A DNA stretch of 58,210 nt, filler included, from Jimgerdemannia flammicorona (Eukaryota), in the NCBI GenBank assembly GCA_003990765.1. It is 3 parts of 3 records of this genome, joined end to end, with 100 filler letters (N's around TTAATTAATTAA, not from the genome) between each part and the next. Parts side by side here need not be neighbours in the genome. Positions count along the whole stretch, not along the records: positions 19,443 to 38,779 come from RBNJ01001964.1; 2 more parts are not named here. One strand, written 5' to 3'. A program made the translations under genes and the position numbers. Under the pieces are notes generated by a model, which saw nothing but the letters and a program-made list of their open reading frames with translations, searched no databases and was not told the DNA's origin. This document shows positions 23,892 to 38,779 of the stretch, piece after piece; within the stretch, counting starts at the first letter, position 1; every line of letters starts with the position of its first letter.

Positions 23892-24411
23892 AGCGAAGAG
23901 GAAGGAGCAAGTTTAAGGCGGTGGTGACCTTTCACATTTTTTTGCGAGCACGTGCATAAATTTCTGACGCGACGGGAATCGTGGCTTAGTATGACTCAAA
24001 AACAGAATTTTCAGAGTAGCAAAACCAGAGTTGCTCCGAGACCAAGGATACGTAAAAGGTTAGGTCCAAGACTCAATCCAGATTCCGAAAGACTGCGCCT
24101 CCTCAACGCAGAATTACGCAAGTCGAAGACCCTTATTATATGAGGCGAAGTTTATTAAAAAGTACCTTATGGCCTATCTGGATTGGTACCCTTTTGAAAA
24201 TTTCATCCCATATAATTACATTCTACTATTATCATTATTAAACTTTCGATAATTAAAATATTTCTCTCTTTTAACTCTGGTGTAATGAGGTGTAATGACT
24301 GAAAAGAAATCTAATGGTGACTGTTAACTCTGAAACGTTACCTTTGGCACGTGATGTGGGCGCCTATACATTTCGCGGCGCACTCCTGCCACTCCCGCCT
24401 AACCTAACACC

Positions 24412-26596
24412 ATGGTCACCCCTCTTCTCAGCGAACTCGCCAGTTTCGACAAGAGCTTTTCCACTCTCTCGCTTCACGCCGATGCCCACCTTGCCGACTC
24501 GTCCGACATAGCCCCCGCGATCGGTGTCTCCACAACCTTCCGTTTCCCTGACCCTGACGTTACTCACAGGCACGGCGAGGGCCTGAATGGCGAGAAGCAT
24601 CATATATACAGCAGGGAGTCTACCAATAACCGTGACCGCTTGGAGATTGTTTTAGGCACCCTCAATGAAGGTGAGATAATGGTGTCAGCAGAAATACTGC
24701 GGCGCCTGCCTACACCCTTAAGAAAACAACAGCACAAAGAAAACAAATCACTCAAACTGTCACGCCTTTATTATTAACCATCACGACCAATTCCAATCGA
24801 CTCGAACCCTGATCGCGCAGGCCACTCCGTGACCTACGCCTCCGGCCTCGCCGCCGGCTTCGCCGCCGTGATACATCTCAGGCCGAATCGCGTTGCCATC
24901 CGCGGCGGCTATCACGGTACTCACGGTTTCCTCAAGGTTTATCGTAAGCTTCGCGACATCGTGAGTATAGATATGTATTTCTGTCCTTGGCGTAGAACAA
25001 CCGGTATTTAGCTTAGGGTCGCATCGAATCAATGGAATTTCTCTCTGGCCATGGATATGGTTTGTGGAACCCGACTTGCTGTGCCCGATCAATGACGCAA
25101 TTTTCTCACACATACGCTCTTCTCGTAAGGAAATCATCGATATCGACAGCCCGTTGCTTTCGGGCGACCTCGTATGGCTCGAGTCGCCGCACAACCCGGA
25201 TGGTCTGATTTTTGGTAAGCGCCTGATGTCTCGTTCGTGGGTTCCACGCGCATATCTCTGCCTGACACCCCCAACCTTTGCGAACCGTGATCCCCACCCA
25301 GACATCGCCCACTACGTTGAGCGTTCCCACGCTGTCGGTGCAAAGGTTCTGGTCGACGCCACGTTTGCTCCGCCGCCGCTGCAGTACCCCTTCCGGCTCG
25401 GTATGAGGTTTTCCTCTTCTTGCAACATGTGCCTAGATTTGTTACCCTTAATATCCCTTGAACTTGACCTTGTGTTTCTCTTGGTCGGTTGCGACGCGAA
25501 TGACAGGCGTCGACGTCATCATGCACTCGACCACAAAGTACTTCTCCGGTCACTCAGATGGTCTGGGCGGGTTGTTGGTCGTTAGGTCCAAGGAAGAGGC
25601 CGACGAGGTGTGTACGTTCGCATGTATATTTACATTAATGATGTGAAGGTGCTGGTATCGACGCTTGGGTTCGGTTAAGTGTGATGGCTGTATACTCCTT
25701 TCTCTTGCATTATCGAGAGTCTTATGGCAATCGGAGTGTTCACGTTCACTGGCGCCATCGAATCTTTTCTCACGACGAACCACAGCTCCGCCTCGACCGC
25801 ACCTACACGGGCTCCGTCCTTGGCTCCCTCGAAACTTGGCTCCTCCTTCGTAGCGTCCGGTAAACAATATCCCACCTTATGCCGAGCATTTTTCATCCCG
25901 TTTATCACATTCCCATTAACTCATCCCCCACTTTATCATTGTCCAGTACTCTCAAACTCCGCGTGAATCAACAATCCCAAACTGCCACGGCTCTCGCCGC
26001 CTGGCTCGCAAAGGCCTCCGACCACAAGGAGCACGATGGCATCCCCGCCCACAGCATCCACTCCGTCCTGCATTCCAGTTTACAACATTACCCGCAGGGA
26101 TGGGATGTGGAGAAGCAGCATCCGGGAGGGCACGGAGCCACTTTCAGCGTTCTGGTGAGTGCGGACCTTACGAATAGAGAACATCATCGATGGGAGGACC
26201 CCGGAAGCGGCTTTCGATACTTTATGGAAAGCTTAAAAGGGAGACAAGCCTCACAATCACACCGACAGGGCTTAACACGATCTTCAACCATCTCCCTGCC
26301 TATAGCTCGTCAACCCCGCTCAAGCGCGCCTCCTCCCGATGTCGTTCTGCCTAATGCAGCCCGCGACCTCTCTGGGCGCCATCGAGTCGCTGATAGAGTG
26401 GCGGTACCCCGTCGACCCGACCATCGACCAGCGCTTGGTGCGTGTCAGCGTCGGCCTCGAGGATCTCGAGGATCTCAAGGAGGACTGGCGGAGGGCCCTG
26501 AAGAAGGTCATTCAGGAGGCCGGTACAGAGACGGGAGGGTATTTCTGGGAGAAGGCGGGGACCGGTGGAGAGGTGGAATATTTGCCTCCGCTTTGA
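24412..26596 (+). CDS. PLP-dependent Cys/Met trans-sulfuration enzyme (cystathionine gamma-lyase/synthase family, YHR112C-like), multi-exon
   Basis: YASGLAA, WLESPHNP, VLVDATFAPP, HSTTKYFSGHSD (PLP lysine), ATSLGAIESLIE, LVRVSVGLED. Confidence 0.9.
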
Positions 26597-26837
26597 GGGC
26601 GGATATGGAGAGTTAAAGTGGATCGTCAATGTGAAATAAAATGGGAACGTATAATCTATGAATTTGACGGGGTGGATGTACTGAAGAGTAATGGAATAAT
26701 GATTCTCGAAGCCCAATTCTTGTTTACTCAAGTATATATTAAAAAGGCATTTCTAACCATTTTCACATACCTTCGAGATGCAGCTTGGCAAGGTACTCTA
26801 GAGATTTGGCTAGGGAGTATGTCCCTTGATACTAATA

Positions 26838-29414
26838 TTGTAGTTGATAGAATTAATATATTGCAGATAATCAAGATGACTATTGGCCCTAAGTTCTGAG
26901 TTTATGTGAGAGAAGTACTAAGTTCTAATTATCTGTTATAGCAGTGTAGTCCAGGGTATTTTTTTCAGATTCTTATATTGGGAAAGGTGTTATATTTGTA
27001 TCCCAAGTTGATCAGGCTCAGAATCATTAATAAGTCAGGTCTGAGGGTTCTGTGATAAAAATACTACTTTATTCTTATAGTTAGGAAAGCAGAGTTGAGG
27101 TTACAATATACTCAGTATAGAGGGTATTTATATAGATTTGAAGCTATGGCTAAATATAGTATGCTGGATATATATATCTATATATAGTTATACTATATTT
27201 GATATCTATGACTGCTAGTTGGAAATTCTGTAGAAATTTTTATAGAAATTTCTAGTAGTTTGTAGATATGTAATAATTTGTTATATTCTTTCTTTCTTTA
27301 TCTAAACCTACTTATTGGATTCAGTACTAAACTCTAGATACTCATCAAACTGAAGAGCAATATATTGAACTATTTAAAAAAAAATATTACTTTATTATTT
27401 ATTATTCAAATTAGCAATATTTTTAGGAGATACTCTATAGAGATAAGAACTTAAAGTCAGATATAGAAAAGAATATAAAGTCTTTTGATAATAATATAGA
27501 TATGGTTGTCAATAAAGAGGTGAGCTTATTGCTTAATATTACTGAGAATAGCTTATTAACAAATGAGATATCTGATCTTATAGTACTTCTTTAATTTTTA
27601 TTAATAGTGGAAGATCTGAAAATATTAGATTCTTCTAAGATATTATTGGGCTTTATTTAGGTCTAGGTCTCTAGAGATTATATATTAATAGAGAACAGTT
27701 TGGTAGAATTTTATTTATATTTGATAACTATAAGGATAATAGTAATAATCTTATTCTTAGTTTGTTCTTAGTATCTTTACTAGATACATACTTATATTGT
27801 GATGGGTTATCTTTATAAAATTATTCAGATTATTTATACTTCCCTTTGTCAAAAGTATTCAGATATATATATGACTGTCTTTTGGAAATTTTGTCAGAAT
27901 TTCTATTATATCAGATACATATATATATAATAGGACTATACTTCTCTAAGATCTTAAATAGTCCAATATAGTAGAGCTTGAGTTTTTTTTTAGTCCTATA
28001 TTATCTAGAGTTAGGTATCATATACTAAGTAATATCTGTTTATCTTTTATATATATAACTTCTTTTTTATTTTTATTAATATATATTACTTATATTTTAT
28101 AAGAATATTATATACTTACTAGTAGTATCTTATATAGTATCAGTGATATCTTATACTATTAATATTATTACTTATGTAATAGTTATGAGGGTTCAGAGAT
28201 ATTATTTATAGTTTAGATAAAATAGAGTTATTTTCATACTTATACTTATACTGTTATTATATATAAATTTAACTAAGGTTAGTTTTTCATCTTAATTATT
28301 CTATTTATAACTATAGTAGATACTAAGTATCTACTTTAGAGTTCAATTAATTCATTCTATTTAGCTATCTATCTGTAGATAATAAGCAGTAGATATCTTG
28401 AGTTATACTTTTAGTTCTTTGAAGAGTATTTGCTAGAAGTTACTTATGAATTTTATATCTTGATCAGAGATGATTACTAATAGTAATCTATAAAGATAGA
28501 ATATATCATCAATAAATAATTATGCTATTCCTGGAGCTATTACAGTAGTAATTGTTATAAAAAAATAAGTCTACTTACTGAGACAATCAATAAAGACAAT
28601 AATTATATCTCTTCTCTTCTTCATTTTTGACAGTTGAACAATAAAGTCCATTCTGATATAGTCTCAATTTTGAGTAGAAATTAATAGTAGTTATAGTATT
28701 CTTACTAAGACTTAGTTGCTAGGTTTGTATTTTTGATAAATATTATAAGATATAATATAGTTCTTAATGTCAACTATCAACTTAAACTAGTAGAAATTTT
28801 AGATAATATATTGATATATCTTATCAAATCTTATATAACTGGCTATAGATATATTAGTAATTCTTATAGAATTTATAGATAGATAGAGGTATCAGATATC
28901 CAAATCTTTATATTATTAGAATATATATATCTATTTTGAATAAAAACATTCTTATATATCTTCTTTATAATGATACTTCTTTTTTTGAGAATTTGCTTGA
29001 TAATTTCTTATATATATATTAGTATCCTTGATATACTTCTTTTTAACTTCTTCAAATAAACTAGTAGTGATATTACTAATTACTATAATGTCACCCTTTT
29101 AAGTACTTTAGAAAAGTATATTAGCTATTTCATTCTTAATACTAGTAATGTACTTAATTTCAATATTTATCATGCTTATCTTTTTATAAGAATTAATTAT
29201 ATCTAAATATATTATAAAGCTTGATAGTTTATCTATAAGATAAATTTCTTATTAAAAAGAAAATATCTCTATAATTACAGAGATCAGATGATAGTAAGGA
29301 GTTCTTTATCTTATATTATATAGTTATTTTTATACTTATTCAGCTTCTGAGATAAATATGTAACTATATATTTATACTAGATCAATATAACTCTAATGAT
29401 AATATTTGAGATAT
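26838..29414 (-). mobile_element. Extremely decayed Gypsy element family D (3' LTR, integrase, RNase H remnants)
   Basis: ~26838-27277 matches 56657-57090. The minus strand retains IISDQDIKFISNF*Q and LKISTAY (integrase) and YLSQKL...DKELLTII (RNase H). Boundaries approximate. Confidence 0.7.
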
Positions 29415-30108
29415 CTATACTCCATGTCAGATTGAAGACTATATCTTTGATGCCATTATTGATACCAGTGCTAGAGGATGTCTCATGAGCAAAAAGACAA
29501 TTGACCACCTAGGTTAAAACATTGAAGAGTCCACCAAGATGGTCTATGTTATATGAGCTACCCCCCTTGGCAAAATCTGAGAAGTCCCCATCAAGATAGG
29601 AGAAGCTACCATCCCAGTAGATGTGATTATTACAAGTACCACCAACTACCTCATTGGCAATCAATGGCTTCACAAAGCCAAGGCTATCATTGACCTCAAT
29701 GCCCAGAAGATGCAGATCAACTATAGAGAAAAAAAGGTACAAGTCTCTATCAATGTCCACAAGAGAGTTCTACCAGATATAGAGGAAGGAGATGAAGAAG
29801 ACACAGAGGTCTTCATGTACTTGGTGAATAAGAATAAGAACAAGACACTCAAGCTCACAGATGAGCAGTGGTACAACAAGATCATCAATGACTATGCTCC
29901 TCAAGGAAGATGCTCCCATGGTACTAGGATATACTGCTCTGAACACCTGAATGACTGCTGGTCTTGTATCAGTGAAGTCAGGAAAATCCACTAACAGAAA
30001 TATGAGCAAGAAGCCACTAAAGCAAAAAAGAAAGCCAAAGAAGATGACCAGCCCCCAGAGCTTCAGGCTGACAGTGACAATGAGGAGGAACAAGAATCAG
30101 ACATCACT

Positions 30109-30519
30109 CTCAAGGTCAAGAAGTTTCACCCTGAAGCTAAGATCCCAGAATACAAGACTGAAGGAGCCATAGGAATGAACCTTGCTAGCATTCAAGATGC
30201 TACCCTTGAACCACAGACCATTACTCTACTTGGCACTGGAATTGTAGTCAAGTTATCAGAAAACTATGCTGGAATTATCAAGACCAGGAGCAGTCTGGCC
30301 AAAAGTGAAATCTCAGTTGAAGGAGGAGTAATTGACCCTGATTATACTGGCAAGATCTTCCTCATAGTCAGGAATCACAACTCCACCACCCCATTCAAAG
30401 TCAAGAAGTATGACAGAATTGGCCAGATGCTGATTCACAAAATCAAGAAGCCCAAGATCATAGAAGCCATTGAACTCATCAAGACCAAGAGAGGAGAATA
30501 AGGCTTTAGATCTACTGGA
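30109..30519 (+). pseudogene. dut: dUTPase domain in copy B2
   Basis: RSSLAKSEISVEGGVIDPDYTG...DRIGQM...RGE*GFRSTG in a single frame. Confidence 0.9.
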
Positions 30520-33500
30520 AGAGGAGCCTATGCTGCCACTAAGATTACTGAACTTGAGCACAAGAAAGACAAGGACCAGAACAAGCACATATACACTATT
30601 GGAGAAAACTTTCCCCTGGAAGAACAACTTCTCAAGATCCTATATCAGAATGAAGGAGTACTTGCTACAGACTTTAGAGATATCCACAATCAAGAACCCA
30701 AGTACTACTATGAAGTTGACACTAGTGATATCAAGCCCATCTACCAGAAAGCCAGACCCATACCACCTGGCTGCAAGCAGAACTCAAGAAAATAGAAGAA
30801 GCTGAAATCATCAAGCAAGTTATCAGTCTCTGAACCTCACCCATTATCCTTGCCCTGAAGAAAGGAAGCAAGCCTGAAGAGTTTGCACCAAGACTCTGTA
30901 TTGACTACAGAAAGCTCAATGCCATCACCAAGAAGGATAGACAGCCCTTGCCAAATATTCAAGAAATTCTTACTACTCTTAGAAGTGAAGCCAAATACTA
31001 CACTACCCTGAATCTGTTCTCAGGCTTCTATCAGATTGGTCTCACTCAAAATGCCAGTGAGAAATCAGCCTTCATTATACCTGATATCACCTATATCTAC
31101 CTGTGAATGCCATTTGGAATATGCAATGCCCCAGCAAGTTTTCAGCAAATAATGAATAGAGTCTTCAGCAATGAGATTGGAAAATGGTTCTTTGTCTATA
31201 TTGATGATATAATCATCTTCAGCAATACTATACAGGAATATGTCAATCACATACAGCTAGCCCTCAAGAAGCTCAAGGAGCATGGCCTCTACATTAAGCC
31301 CAAGAAATGCAAGTTTATAGCTCAGAAAATCACCTATCTAGGACATCTCATCAACCAGACCAGAATCTACACAGACCCTATGAAGATCAAGACTGTTGCA
31401 ATCTATCTGAGATTCAGAACAACCACAGAAGTCCATGCCTTCCTTGGACTGGCCAGCTACTACAGAAGGTTTATCAAAGGATACTCTAACATTACAGTAC
31501 CTATCTATAAGCTACTGAAGAAGGAAACCAAATTTGAATAGACTAAGGAGTGCTAAGAAACCTTCAATGAACTCAAGACCAGGTTGACCCAAGTACCTAT
31601 CCTCAGAAGACCAGATTGGAACCTAGAATTCATCCTGCAGACAGATACAAGTACTATAGGACTTGGAGCAGTCCTAGCTCAGAAAAAAGATGGACATAAA
31701 TATGTCATCTTCTATGCAAGCTGAGGTACCCATGAAGCAGAACAGAACTATGAGTTATACAAGCTTGAATGCTTAGCAGTAGTTTGGGCAGTAGACAAGT
31801 TCCACTACTATCTAGCCAGGAAATACTTCACTATTCAAACAGACCATTCCACTCTTGCTTGGCTATTCCACACTCTGAACCCCAAAGGAATATATACCAG
31901 ATGGATCTACAGACTGCAAGAGTATGACTGTACTGTCAAGCACCACTCAGAAAGAACTAACACCAATGCTGATGCACTCTCAAGGATACCCCAAAACACC
32001 CCCATTAAGACTATTTAACATGAATAAGGAGCTATACTATGGATTAATCAGCTATCTTAGGCAGTGGAAGATGCCCAACCACCTCAAACCCTGGACAATC
32101 ACTGTTATCAACTAGACTTGGAAACAGTTTGAACTAGACAACACTATACTCAGAAAAGGAGGAAAGCTAGTAATATCTGAATATAAGAAGTATCAAGTAA
32201 TGAAGGAAGTACATGAGCAAGGATATCTAGGAGGAACCAACACATATAACAAAGTAAGAAGAACCATATGGTAGCCCAAGATAGAAGAAGACCTGCACCA
32301 ATTTGTCAAAGAGTATGACAAGTGCCAAAAACAGAAACAAGATCAGCAAGATCAGGCACCCAGATTATCAAGAATTGAGCCTATCTCCTTCTACCACATC
32401 ACAATGGATATCATTGGGCCACTACCAGTAATATTATTAGGAAACTGCTATATTATAGTTATTATAGACCTCTTCACCAAATGGATAGAGGCAGGAGCAT
32501 TACAAGAAGCCAATACCCTCTCTATAGCCAACTTCCTGCACTGAGAAATCATCTGCTGCTATAAGACACCAAAGCAAATCATAACAGACCATAGCATGAA
32601 ATTTGTCAATAGATTCCATGAGATAATGTATCAGAAATATAAGATCTAGCACATCAAGACCACTATGTACCACTCTCAAGGAAATAGACAGATAGAGAGA
32701 ACCAACAAGACTCTCAAGAACATCCTGGTGAAGATCTCAGAGACATATGAGAATTGGGATAATTATCTCCCAACTGCCCTCTCTGTTCTACAAGACATAC
32801 AGTTACAGAGCACACACTTCACCCCAAGGGAACTGCTCTTCAGAAAAGAAGATTCTGATGGAACCTCAGCCACAAATCTAAACCTAACTTAAAGATAGAT
32901 TAATGCAGAAATCCAGAGGCTACACCAAATCAGGAAGAAGGCTGAAGATTACATTATCAAGTCACAAGCACTGACAAGAAAGAACATGGAAAAGAATCAC
33001 AAGACCCTAGAACCTATCTTAATTGGAGAAAAGGTTCTACTGTATCGAAATATAGTAAAAGCCTCATAGTCATGAAAACTAGAGCCTAAATGGGAAGGAC
33101 CCTTCTATGTATAAGATATTAAGAAAACTACCTTCTGGCTTAGAAAGATCTCAGGAACTATACTGCCTACTACAGTACATAGGAACAGACTCAAGAAGTA
33201 TCATGTACCTATATAAGAGAAGCAAAATATAATGACTGCCCATGAGGTTCTAGTCCATGAATCATAACAGCATGTCCCATAACCAGCAGACTATCTATCT
33301 GGACCATTCTCTAAGAGATACAGCACCAGCAACTACTCATTCATGAGACTTTTGAAGCCAGAGGAGTTTGAACCATCAACTGATTGATCAAGATCAGAAT
33401 CAGGCCCTTACTCTATATAAAGGGAGTGACCCTTCACCATCATGCCAAAATACAAAGGGAAGATGCCAGCCCATAAACACTACTTTTCAACCCCTTGCCA

Positions 33501-33795
33501 GAGGTTATAGAATTAGCAAATTTTTCAGGACTGGACCAATGAATAAGGACACTTGAGAAGATACTTATTTAGGAGGAAGATGTAATGGTGACTCCAGAAT
33601 GATGATATTAGCACAGAAGACAGTCTTTCCTTACAAGTTACCAGATCAGAGTATAAGAAGATTATATGGCATATGAGATGAGTAATGATGACCAACTGTG
33701 AGTCATTGTGACCACAGTATGGATATCTTGAGGAATATAAAAGAAGGATTAAGAAACTACAATAGCAGCAACCAACAAAACCTACCAATCCCAAA

Positions 33796-34680
33796 ATAGC
33801 TCAAAGACTTACCACAAACAAAACACCTGCTGCCCACCAAACCTCAAGGTCAAGGAATCACCAAGATACTTTGGTTGAAGAAAGAATGTTCCAAGACATC
33901 AGAAGAGCCACAAGGATCTGCTCAAGAAGGACTCCTAGTGTTAACCTGGGTACTGCAGATCTCTATCATTATATTCTCTACTGCTATAAAATGGAAACAA
34001 GAATTACCATTGCTACTGAATGCCTCCAAATGTGGTAGGAGTATGAAATAGAAAACCTCCTCTACTGGGAGTTCCCACAGGCCAGCCCTCAAGAGCTACA
34101 AGATGCCACTCCCATGGATATATACAAGGCAAGAATGGCTAAGAAGATCCATCAGATCTTCAGGCATGCACCATGGTTGATCCCCAACTTGGAGTATGTT
34201 AGAGTCTCAGATTTCAGAGATCTGTCATCTTACTATATCAATGTACTAGAAGCCAGAGTAGCTACAGAAGCCTAGTCCACTATCACCCTCAATAGTGATA
34301 AAGTAGAAGACTTCTGGCACTCCATCCTCCAGGACAACCCAGACCAATTTCTGCAAGGATTGATCTCAGTATTCTAAGGCCCAAGCATTCAGGTTAGACC
34401 TCCCCAAGACCCCATATTTGTTCCCTATTTTGTGGAAGAGAACCTCATAGACTGAAGAGCTCCAGATCTCCTTGTTTCCGATTTCTCTGCCACTGAATGT
34501 GATAACATCATTGACAATGATGTCATCCCATACAACATATGTGAGATGTGCAATGAAGTATGCAAAGTATATGAAATGTGTAACCCACACAACAAATTCA
34601 CAGACCTCATCTCCTTCAAAGACATTCTGACCTCTGATGATGAGGATGAAGCTCCCATAGTCCTGAACTTTCTGCTCTAA
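33796..34680 (+). pseudogene. LTR-internal accessory ORF, copy B2 (295 codons, no frameshift)
   Basis: One frame with four point stops (CAG>TAG twice, CAA>TAA, TGG>TGA); MAKKIHQIFRHAPWLIPNLEYVRVSDFRDLS. Confidence 0.8.
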
Positions 34681-35145
34681 GTTCCTTGTTACACTGAATA
34701 ATGCTAGTACCAGTATTCTGAGGTAACACTGAATAATGCCAGTACCAGTATTCTGATGTGATACCAAATTATACCAGTATCCTGAACCTGTACAATCATT
34801 AGTGCCGACTCTAGAACTTAGCAGTTTTTCTGTTCTGGTATTTTATTTTAGTTATTGGAATTTATATTTAGCTTTATATCTTAGCAATCATTGAATTATA
34901 TTTTGTATAAATACCTCTCTTATTTTCTCTAAAATAAAGTTAGTTCCTCTCAGTGCAATATACACACTTCCTTGCAAGCAATTTAAGAGATAACAAGATA
35001 GTTAAAGATAAGAAGTTTGAGGACTATAAGACCTTGAGAAGGTACTTCAATAAGAACTTGCTTATAACAAACTTAAGTTAGTCTAAGAGATATACCTTGA
35101 AGAGAATCTGGTATATTTGAAAGACTTAGTGACCTCTATATAACA

Positions 35146-35390
35146 TTATATTGATCTTCTGTTAGAGTATTTGCAAGATATATATGTCTTTTTTTTATAG
35201 TAAAAATCTTTCTTTATAAATTTCTCTATTTTCTTATTGAATAATCTCTTAAATTCTCCTTATGATTTCAGAGAGTTATTCTGAGATTTATATATATTTT
35301 TTCTCAAATTGACATTATTTGTCTCCTTTGTTATTGTTTTTATTATCTCTTGGTCTTGAGTTACTAAGATAATATATACTTTAATGATAG
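35146..35390 (-). mobile_element. Continuation of decayed family D between B2 and A2
   Basis: Similar to ~54930-55090. Confidence 0.55.
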
Positions 35391-38300
35391 TATAATGTAT
35401 CCAGCTCAATAGAGGCAAATTACAAGATTGAGGATTGATGTAGTTTAGCTTGAGCCCCTAGATACTTTGTCAAAAAGTAATAAAATGTTCCAAGATCCCT
35501 AGTATTCTTATTGGTGTTTAGTAGTATGATAGTTAAGCTAGATATTAGACAATTCTGACAATTTCCTTATTGGAATAGTTTTCTAGATATAGTGGTGATT
35601 TGTATATATAGTAGATAATTTATTATATCATGATAGAATAATCTAATAATTTAGCAGTTTTTTTCTTAGGTAATAATCTTCAAAAATATATGATTTCTAT
35701 ATAATGATCTTGTTTCCAAACATATGCAATTTCTGACATAATGATCTTGGCAGTATTCTGCATTTGGCAGATAACTTAGATAACTTAGTTTAGGTATAAA
35801 TTCTTCTGAATTAGCAGCTCTCTGAGGATATCAGATAACTTAATAACTTGGATAACTTAGATAATATAAATAACTCAGATATTGCAGATTCCTGATAAGT
35901 TACATCAAAGACTGGCTTTATTTGTATGGAGTTATATTGGATAGACTGGCTCTACTGTGAAGTTGCATCAGATAGACTAGCTTGTAATAAGAATAGTAAG
36001 CTCTCTGGGAATGGTGGACTTCTTGAATAACTCAGATTCTTCTTGGCAAAGTTATATATATCAAGACTGGCTTCATTTATATGAACAAGTTTACTACAAA
36101 GTTATATCAACAGACTGACTTTATATAAGATGACAGATTTCTCAAAAATAGTAGTAAAGTTCTTCACTTGAACTTCTGGTAGATTTCTCAGATTCTTCAG
36201 ACTTATCTAGTAAGTATATCAATCAATCTTTATATTGGAAAGTGGACCAGAGTGGAAATGGAATGTTGTTGCTTTAGATTTAATTTCAGACTGAGGTTTA
36301 TTCACTCTTATCTCTAGGGTATTTTATATAGTTATGGTTGCTATCTAATTACTATGTTGCTAATTACAGATTACTATCTATAATAGGTATACTTGGATAG
36401 TACAGTATATCCACTTAGTATAGTATACCTACTCAGTATAGTATACTGGACCAGTATAGATAAACATACTGTTTCTGGTATCTCTGGCTAATTATATAGA
36501 TTAGTATAGTAAAGCAGTCTTGGTTACTTAGTATACTAGATATAGTATATAGCTAATTTATAATTTTGATGATTCAATTCAGCTGCTTATCACTAAAGAA
36601 TAGTCTGTCCTCAGACTATTCTTTAGTTATCATTCTAATGTACATAAGCATCTTCAGTATCAATATCTGAACCAGTGTCTTTATTTAGATCAGAGTTGCT
36701 CTATTGAAGAGGTTCTTCCTCTTCCCCTGGGAATAGAATTTTAATATGGTTGATAATACTTAGGTAGATAGTAGAATTCATATTTTATAAGTCATTCAGA
36801 GAGGATTGTGCCTGTATCAGTACTGGGGTATTTTATTTATAGATTATATATAATCTGTCTATAGCAGTGGTGTTTTTCCAGGTCAGGCCAGTGGTGTTCC
36901 TGATGTAGGTTAGGTCTGCAGCTAGAAGGTTCTGCAACTATTCTCTAATTGCATAGTAGGCCTATAGCTGGTGGACTTGTAGTAAATATCTGGCTAGAGT
37001 GAGGTTCTTTTAGTGAGTCTGAATTCATTGAAGGAGATTTTTATTAGCTTAGCAGAATTGTAGAAGGGGAACTAGAAGTGACTGAAATGAACTCAGGATA
37101 AGGGTCTAGAGATACTAGTCAATTGTCTGATTCATATGAGGGGAGAGATATATCTTGAGGTAGTTGATATATACTAATATCCTCAGGATTTATTTATCCA
37201 GACTATAGAGATCATATTCTATATCTTCTTAGTAAGTTTTGGTCAGGGGCTTGACCTTGGAATATAGCAGAGTATATTAAACAATATTCTTACTATATTC
37301 AGGCTGTCTTTAGGCTAAAGCTCTACTAGCAGGAAGTCTCTAAGCTCTAAGATTGAGATATAGCTATTTGGCTCCAATAGAGGAATCTTGGAGATAATTG
37401 ATTTCTCTTTTTTTTATAGAGTCTAGAGCTTTTATGAAGTTAGTAGTATCTTCTACTCATCCTTGGTGAGTTGCATATCTGATGAGAGCTAGAATGTCTT
37501 CTCCCAAATATAGATCTTAAGAGTTCTTCTTCCTAGTTTCTTAGTCTGGCTTTTTCAGATCTGAGTTCTGTTATCTCCTCTCTTTAAAGTATAGATTACA
37601 ATATTCTGACTAAGGTGAATCTTCTGATATCTGTAGTCTTAGCAGTCTGAGTGTTTTTTATAATTACAATATCTCATTACTTGAAAATATTGTTCCTAGT
37701 TATTAATCTCTTATTGTCTAAGGAATTGGTATCCATCTTGATCATAAGTTGGGGGAAGGGTGGTCAAGAGATATACCTCTGTTTAGGTAAAGAGATCTTG
37801 TCCTCTAAATCAAATTTATAATCTTGTAGTAACTTCTTAAAAGGTAGTTGACTGTGCAACTATGGTTGAGAGTTCTAATCTTTGGAATCTCTATCTTTTT
37901 TATTGGTCTAGTAGATAGCACTGATAGCAGTAGTCTCAGGGGGAGTAGAAGACTATTTGATATAGACATTTTCCTAGCTAGAAGACTCTTTCTTAGTGTG
38001 TTTCTTATTTTGGAATAATAGAAATTGTACTGGGTCCTTCTTTAATATTCCAGAGATCATTATCTTCAGATAGTATCCAGCAAGAATCATATCAGGAAAT
38101 GAGTTTGGAAATCTCTTCTTCTTCAGATACTTCTTGTTCAGAAACCTCCTATTCAGAGATTTCTTCTTCCTTAGATAATTCTTGACCCCAGATTGCTTAT
38201 ACTTCTATAGCTTCAGCTATAGATGTTTCTGGAATATGTCTATATTTCTTCTTCCTTTCTCTGCACTCAGGACAGACTGTGCCAGGTGATTTTTTTGTCT

Positions 38301-38623
38301 CAATAATCTTAAAGGAGTGCTTGGGATACTTATGTCTTTTGAGATAGGTGAGACATTCTTTAATCTCTTCTGCAATGACTTCAATTGTGATAGAAATAGT
38401 GTTTCTGGTCCATATATTGTCTTCTGGTCTATCATCTACTAAGTTGATCTGAGGATTGAGTCTGGGGTTATTTCTATCTTTGGATTCTTCTTTTTCTTCT
38501 ATAGTAGATTCTTCACTGCTGATATATTCCTCCTAGATAGTATTCTTCTTCTTTTTCTTTGATTACTTATAGCTAGTTATCTTAACTTTATACTTCTTAT
38601 CTCAGTAGTTAAACTTGAGTACT

Positions 38624-38625
<2 letters not shown>
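35391..38625 (-). mobile_element. Family A-related copy A2: 3' LTR (35391-~36585), accessory ORF, integrase tail, then probable gag/leader remnant
   Basis: Reverse complement of LTR A end at 35391; similarity to A1 stops at ~37215. Right boundary approximate. Confidence 0.75.
36623..37135 (-). pseudogene. Accessory ORF of copy A2 (171 codons, in frame, ATG retained)
   Basis: ATG AAT CAG...GTC CAC CAG CTA TAG GCC TAC TAT GCA ATT...AAT GAT AAC TAA; only point stops. Confidence 0.75.
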
Positions 38626-38706
<81 letters not shown>

Positions 38707-38779
38707 GTTACTTGGACTTCCCTTTATTATGCACTCTCTATAGATAATACATAAATGCCTCCTTCTTTTTTTTTTGTTG

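Larger units (their letters stand above)
29415..35145 (+). mobile_element. 5'-truncated second copy of family B (PR, dUTPase, RT, RH, IN, 3' LTR 33581-35145)
   Basis: Colinear with ~6883-13046 but without the hAT MITE; PPT AGGAGGAAGA then TGTAAT at 33581. Confidence 0.93.

Noticed and set aside
38627..38703. Long poly-T runs (also 21179-21218, 43696-43770, 58192-58210) as retroposon tails
   Set aside because: No TSD or attached element; near contig ends or in introns, so likely simple repeats or assembly artefacts.
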